64,000 nucleotides of DNA. Source: Acidobacteriota bacterium (GTDB lineage: Bacteria > Acidobacteriota > Vicinamibacteria > Vicinamibacterales > UBA2999). Below, piece by piece: positions 61,268 through 64,000 of this stretch; within the stretch, counting starts at the first letter, position 1; each line of letters starts with the position of its first letter. The stretch spans positions 9,291-73,290 of the forward strand of contig JAKFXY010000029.1 of assembly GCA_021731165.1 (NCBI GenBank), given 5' to 3'. Both the position numbers and the translations under genes were made by a program. The notes under the pieces were generated by a model. That model saw nothing but the letters and a program-made list of their open reading frames with translations. It was not told the origin of the DNA and searched no databases.

Positions 61268-64000
61268 GTGAAAATTCTCTTTTCGCTCGGCAATTTCGGG
61301 TTCCTTCGGAACTTCGAACCAGCGCTGCGGCTGCTCGCCGCACGCGGCCACGATATTCATCTGGTGGCCGAGCGGAGAGACAGCGTGGGTGGCACGAAGA
61401 CGCTCGACCTGCTGCTTCGCGATCATCCCGATCGCATCCGCTATAGCTATGCGCCGTCCCGCAAGGATGCGTTCTGGCTGCCACTGAGTACGCAACTGCG
61501 ACTGACGCTGGACTACTGGCGATATCTCCATCCGCGCTATGACCAGTCGCCCAGCCTGCGTGCGCGCGGCGCGAGCCAGGCGCCGCGTCTCGCCTCGACG
61601 ATCGCCAGGATGCCGCTCGTGGGTTCTGCCTCTGGGCTGGCGGCGCTAGGACGCCTCGTGCGCACCATCGAGCGCGGGGTGCCACACGGCGACGCCGTCG
61701 AATCGTTCCTGCGCGCCGAGAAGCCTGACATCCTGCTGCTGACGCCGCTCCTGTACTTCGGGTCTCAGCAGGTTGAGTACGTGCGCGCGGCCCGGGCGCT
61801 TGGCATCCGCACGGTGCTGGGTGTGGGCAGTTGGGATCACCTCACGACGAAAGGATTGATTCACGAGCGGCCAGATCGCGTGATGGTCTGGAACGACGCA
61901 CAGCGCGTGGAAGCGGGCGCGCTCCACGGCATTCCCGCGGCGGATGTGACAGTCACGGGTGCGCAAGCCTACGACCATTGGTTCGTCTCGACGCCGAGTC
62001 TCTCCCGCGAGGCGTTCTGCCGGAAGGTCGGCCTGCCCGACGACCGGCCGCTCCTGCTGTACCTCTGTTCGTCGCCCTTCATCACGCCGCATGAGGTCGG
62101 GTTCGTCCGGCGCTGGATTGAGTCCATTCGTACGGCGCCCGCTGCCGAACTGCGACGCGCCGCGATCCTGATCAGGCCGCATCCGCAGAACGCGCAGCAA
62201 TGGCAGGAATTCGATCCCGCGGCATTCGACGCCGTCGGCATCTGGCCGCGAGCGGGTGCCAACCCGGTCGATACCGAGGCACGTGCCGACTACTACGACT
62301 CGATGTTCCACAGCGTGGCCGTGGTCGGCGTGAACACGAGCGCGCTCATCGAGTCGGGCATCGTCGGACGTCCGGTCTACACGGTGCTGGCCGGCGAGTT
62401 CGCGGGGCAGCAGGAAGGCACGCTGCACTTCCAGCACCTGAAGAACGTCAACGGTGGACTGCTCACCGTCGCCGCCACGCTTGACGAGCACGTCGCACAA
62501 CTGGCCGATGCCGTACGCCGCGTGCCCGGTCCCGATCCACGCAGCCGGGCGTTCATCGAGTCATTCGTCCGTCCGCACGGCGTTGGCGTGCCGGCTGCCA
62601 GTTACTTCGTGGACGCGCTCGAAGCGCAGGCCGCGGCACCGCCTCCGGCTCGTCGTCACGCGTCCGCGTGGAGCGAACTGCTGCGTCCTGTACTGGCGCC
62701 GCTGGCGTTGGCCGCGCGCGCCGCCGCGCGTCGCCGCAGGGCCAGGCGGCAGGACGACCCTGACCAGGCCGCGCCTGGCCGCCCGCTGAAACTGCTCTTC
62801 GCCGTCGCGTCGCCGGAGTACATCCGCTATTTCGATTCGACGATGACGCTGCTGTTGGATCGGGGGCACGAGGTCAGCATCGGCGTGAACTGGCTGCGGG
62901 AGCGCAAGCACGCGCGCCTCGAGGGACTGGACGACCCGCGCATCACGATCCTTGGCCTCATCCCGAAGCGGATGGATGTCTGGACGCCGATGGCCCGAGC
63001 CGTCCGCGGCACGTTTGATTTCGTGCGGTACCTGCATCCCCGGCTGGCTGAAGCGCCGGCGCTCCGCGCCCGCATGAAGCGCAAGGTCCTGCCGTCGTGG
63101 ATGGCGTGGCTCGATCGCATCCACTCCGTTGACGATCGCCGGCTGGCAAGAATCTTCGGCATCCTTGCGCATCTCGAGAGGGCGATCCCGGTCAGCCGTG
63201 CGCTCACGAGGTTTCTGTCGGCCCATCGTCCTGATGCCGTGATTGTTTCGCCTCTGGTGGATGCCGCGTCGGATCAGGTTGACCTCGTACGTGCCGCGCA
63301 GGCTCTCGGCATTCCAGCGATTGCCGGTATCGCCAGTTGGGACAACCTCACGAACAAGGGCCACCTGCGCGTGCAGCCGGATCTGGTCACGGTGTGGAAC
63401 GCGCATCAGAAAGCGGAGGCGATCACCTATCACGGCGTGGAGGCCGATCGTGTGGCTGTGACCGGTGCGCAGCTCTTCGATCGCTGGTTCGTGCGGGAGC
63501 CGAGTCAGTCACGTGAGGCATTCTGCGCGATGGTCGGCCTCCCGGCTGACCGGCCGATCGTGCTCTACACGGGCTCGTCGGTGTTTATCGCCCGTTCGGA
63601 GGTCGAGGCGCCGTTTGCCCGTGCGTGGATCGCGGCGCTCCGCGCGAGCGGCGATTCCATCCTCGCGAACGCCGCAATTCTGATCCGGCCGCATCCGTTC
63701 AACTGCGAAGGATGGCTGGCCACCGACTTCAGCGACCTCGGGCCGGTCGCGGTGTTTCCTGGTGGGCGCTACACGCCGTCGGCGGAGTCGGCGCGCGCGA
63801 GCTTGTTCGATTCCCTTTACTACACGTCTGCGGTCGTCGGCGTGAACACCAGCGCCATGGTCGAAGCCGCCATCCTGCGCAAGCCGGTGCTGTCGCTCTT
63901 GGCGCCGGAGTTCGCCGACACGCAGGAAGGCACTCTGCATTTCCACTATCTGCTGCCGGAGAACGGTGGATTCCTCCGCGTCGCGCAGTCGATTCCGCAG
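61268..64000 (+). CDS. Tandem double-module protein of the unassigned GT-B-like family G (copies D1 and D2), 3' end beyond the window
   Basis: Absent from the ORF track because there is no stop inside the window. Manual translation from the GTG at 61268 (VKILFSLGNFGFLRNF...ARGHDIHL) is open for 911 codons. Module 1 has GSWDHLTTKG, VWNDAQ, VTGAQ, LYLCSS, RPHPQN, VNTSALIESGIVGRPV, GTLHFQHL and FVRPHG. After an Arg-rich linker, module 2 (from ~62786; KLLFAVASPEYIRYF...DRGHEVSI) repeats ASWDNLTNKG, VWNAHQ, VTGAQ, RPHPFN, VNTSAMVEAAILRKPV and GTLHFHYL. Confidence 0.65.
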   Translation, partial: MKILFSLGNFGFLRNFEPALRLLAARGHDIHLVAERRDSVGGTKTLDLLLRDHPDRIRYSYAPSRKDAFWLPLSTQLRLTLDYWRYLHPRYDQSPSLRARGASQAPRLASTIARMPLVGSASGLAALGRLVRTIERGVPHGDAVESFLRAEKPDILLLTPLLYFGSQQVEYVRAARALGIRTVLGVGSWDHLTTKGLIHERPDRVMVWNDAQRVEAGALHGIPAADVTVTGAQAYDHWFVSTPSLSREAFCRKVGLPDDRPLLLYLCSSPFITPHEVGFVRRWIESIRTAPAAELRRAAILIRPHPQNAQQWQEFDPAAFDAVGIWPRAGANPVDTEARADYYDSMFHSVAVVGVNTSALIESGIVGRPVYTVLAGEFAGQQEGTLHFQHLKNVNGGLLTVAATLDEHVAQLADAVRRVPGPDPRSRAFIESFVRPHGVGVPAASYFVDALEAQAAAPPPARRHASAWSELLRPVLAPLALAARAAARRRRARRQDDPDQAAPGRPLKLLFAVASPEYIRYFDSTMTLLLDRGHEVSIGVNWLRERKHARLEGLDDPRITILGLIPKRMDVWTPMARAVRGTFDFVRYLHPRLAEAPALRARMKRKVLPSWMAWLDRIHSVDDRRLARIFGILAHLERAIPVSRALTRFLSAHRPDAVIVSPLVDAASDQVDLVRAAQALGIPAIAGIASWDNLTNKGHLRVQPDLVTVWNAHQKAEAITYHGVEADRVAVTGAQLFDRWFVREPSQSREAFCAMVGLPADRPIVLYTGSSVFIARSEVEAPFARAWIAALRASGDSILANAAILIRPHPFNCEGWLATDFSDLGPVAVFPGGRYTPSAESARASLFDSLYYTSAVVGVNTSAMVEAAILRKPVLSLLAPEFADTQEGTLHFHYLLPENGGFLRVAQSIPQ

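Noticed and set aside
1-64000. Scan for CRISPR arrays, transposases or integrases, toxin-antitoxin pairs and known defence-system signatures (nucleases, helicases, STAND/AAA+ ATPases other than holB and wzt)
   Set aside because: I found no repeat-spacer periodicity, no recombinase or nuclease motifs and no phage-like genes. The window's unusual content is glycan-related rather than defence- or mobile-element-related.

Overview
The window is a GC-rich bacterial chromosome segment. I saw no rRNA, tRNA, tmRNA, CRISPR array, transposase or integrase. I call 49 protein-coding genes, two of them cut by the window edges. Only three are housekeeping: holB and pdxA at 1204..3164, and smpB at 29510..29995. 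Almost everything else, about 3.1 kb to 64 kb, reads as one very large envelope-glycan assembly region.

Its contents are:
(i) Nucleotide-sugar tailoring genes: a dTDP-glucose 4,6-dehydratase, a clear WecE orthologue, a second DegT-type aminotransferase abutting a radical-SAM/SPASM enzyme, a NeuD/PglD-type acetyltransferase, a GNAT, two WbqC-like proteins and two glutamine-dependent AsnB-type amidotransferases.
(ii) Four GT2 enzymes of the polyprenyl-phosphate-sugar synthase type (ArnC/GtrB/CsbB/DPM1-like).
(iii) Three YfhO-family GT-C-like membrane proteins, one fused to a methyltransferase-like domain and a GT2 domain in a single 1118-aa polypeptide. A UPF0104 flippase-like membrane protein lies next to that fusion.
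(iv) At least eight more large polytopic membrane proteins that I cannot assign to a family. Two of them are a clear paralogue pair.
(v) An ABC glycan exporter whose permease (wzm) and ATPase (wzt, with a C-terminal extra domain) lie about 13 kb apart on opposite strands.
(vi) About eleven SAM-methyltransferase domains, including three FkbM-type and four with Cys4 or Trm112-like zinc ribbons.
(vii) Three Fe(II)/2-oxoglutarate-oxygenase-like proteins.
(viii) Six copies, in five ORFs, of a roughly 470-aa GT-B-like module with a strict shared motif set that I cannot place in a named family. One copy is fused to FkbM, and two are fused in tandem in one ORF.

My best candidate for an undescribed system is this combination: an ABC-exported, end-capped, heavily methylated glycan built by the unassigned GT-B-like modules. 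It would then be elaborated outside the membrane by GT-C-type enzymes fed by fused or adjacent polyprenyl-phosphate-sugar synthases.

At the DNA level, most operon junctions are ATGA/GTGA overlaps. Several divergent gene pairs are separated by only 25-40 bp, with a single AT-rich near-palindromic hexamer at the centre. That pattern suggests face-to-face -10 boxes and leaderless or near-leaderless mRNAs.

All functional calls rest on reading the translated ORFs for motifs. No database search was possible.
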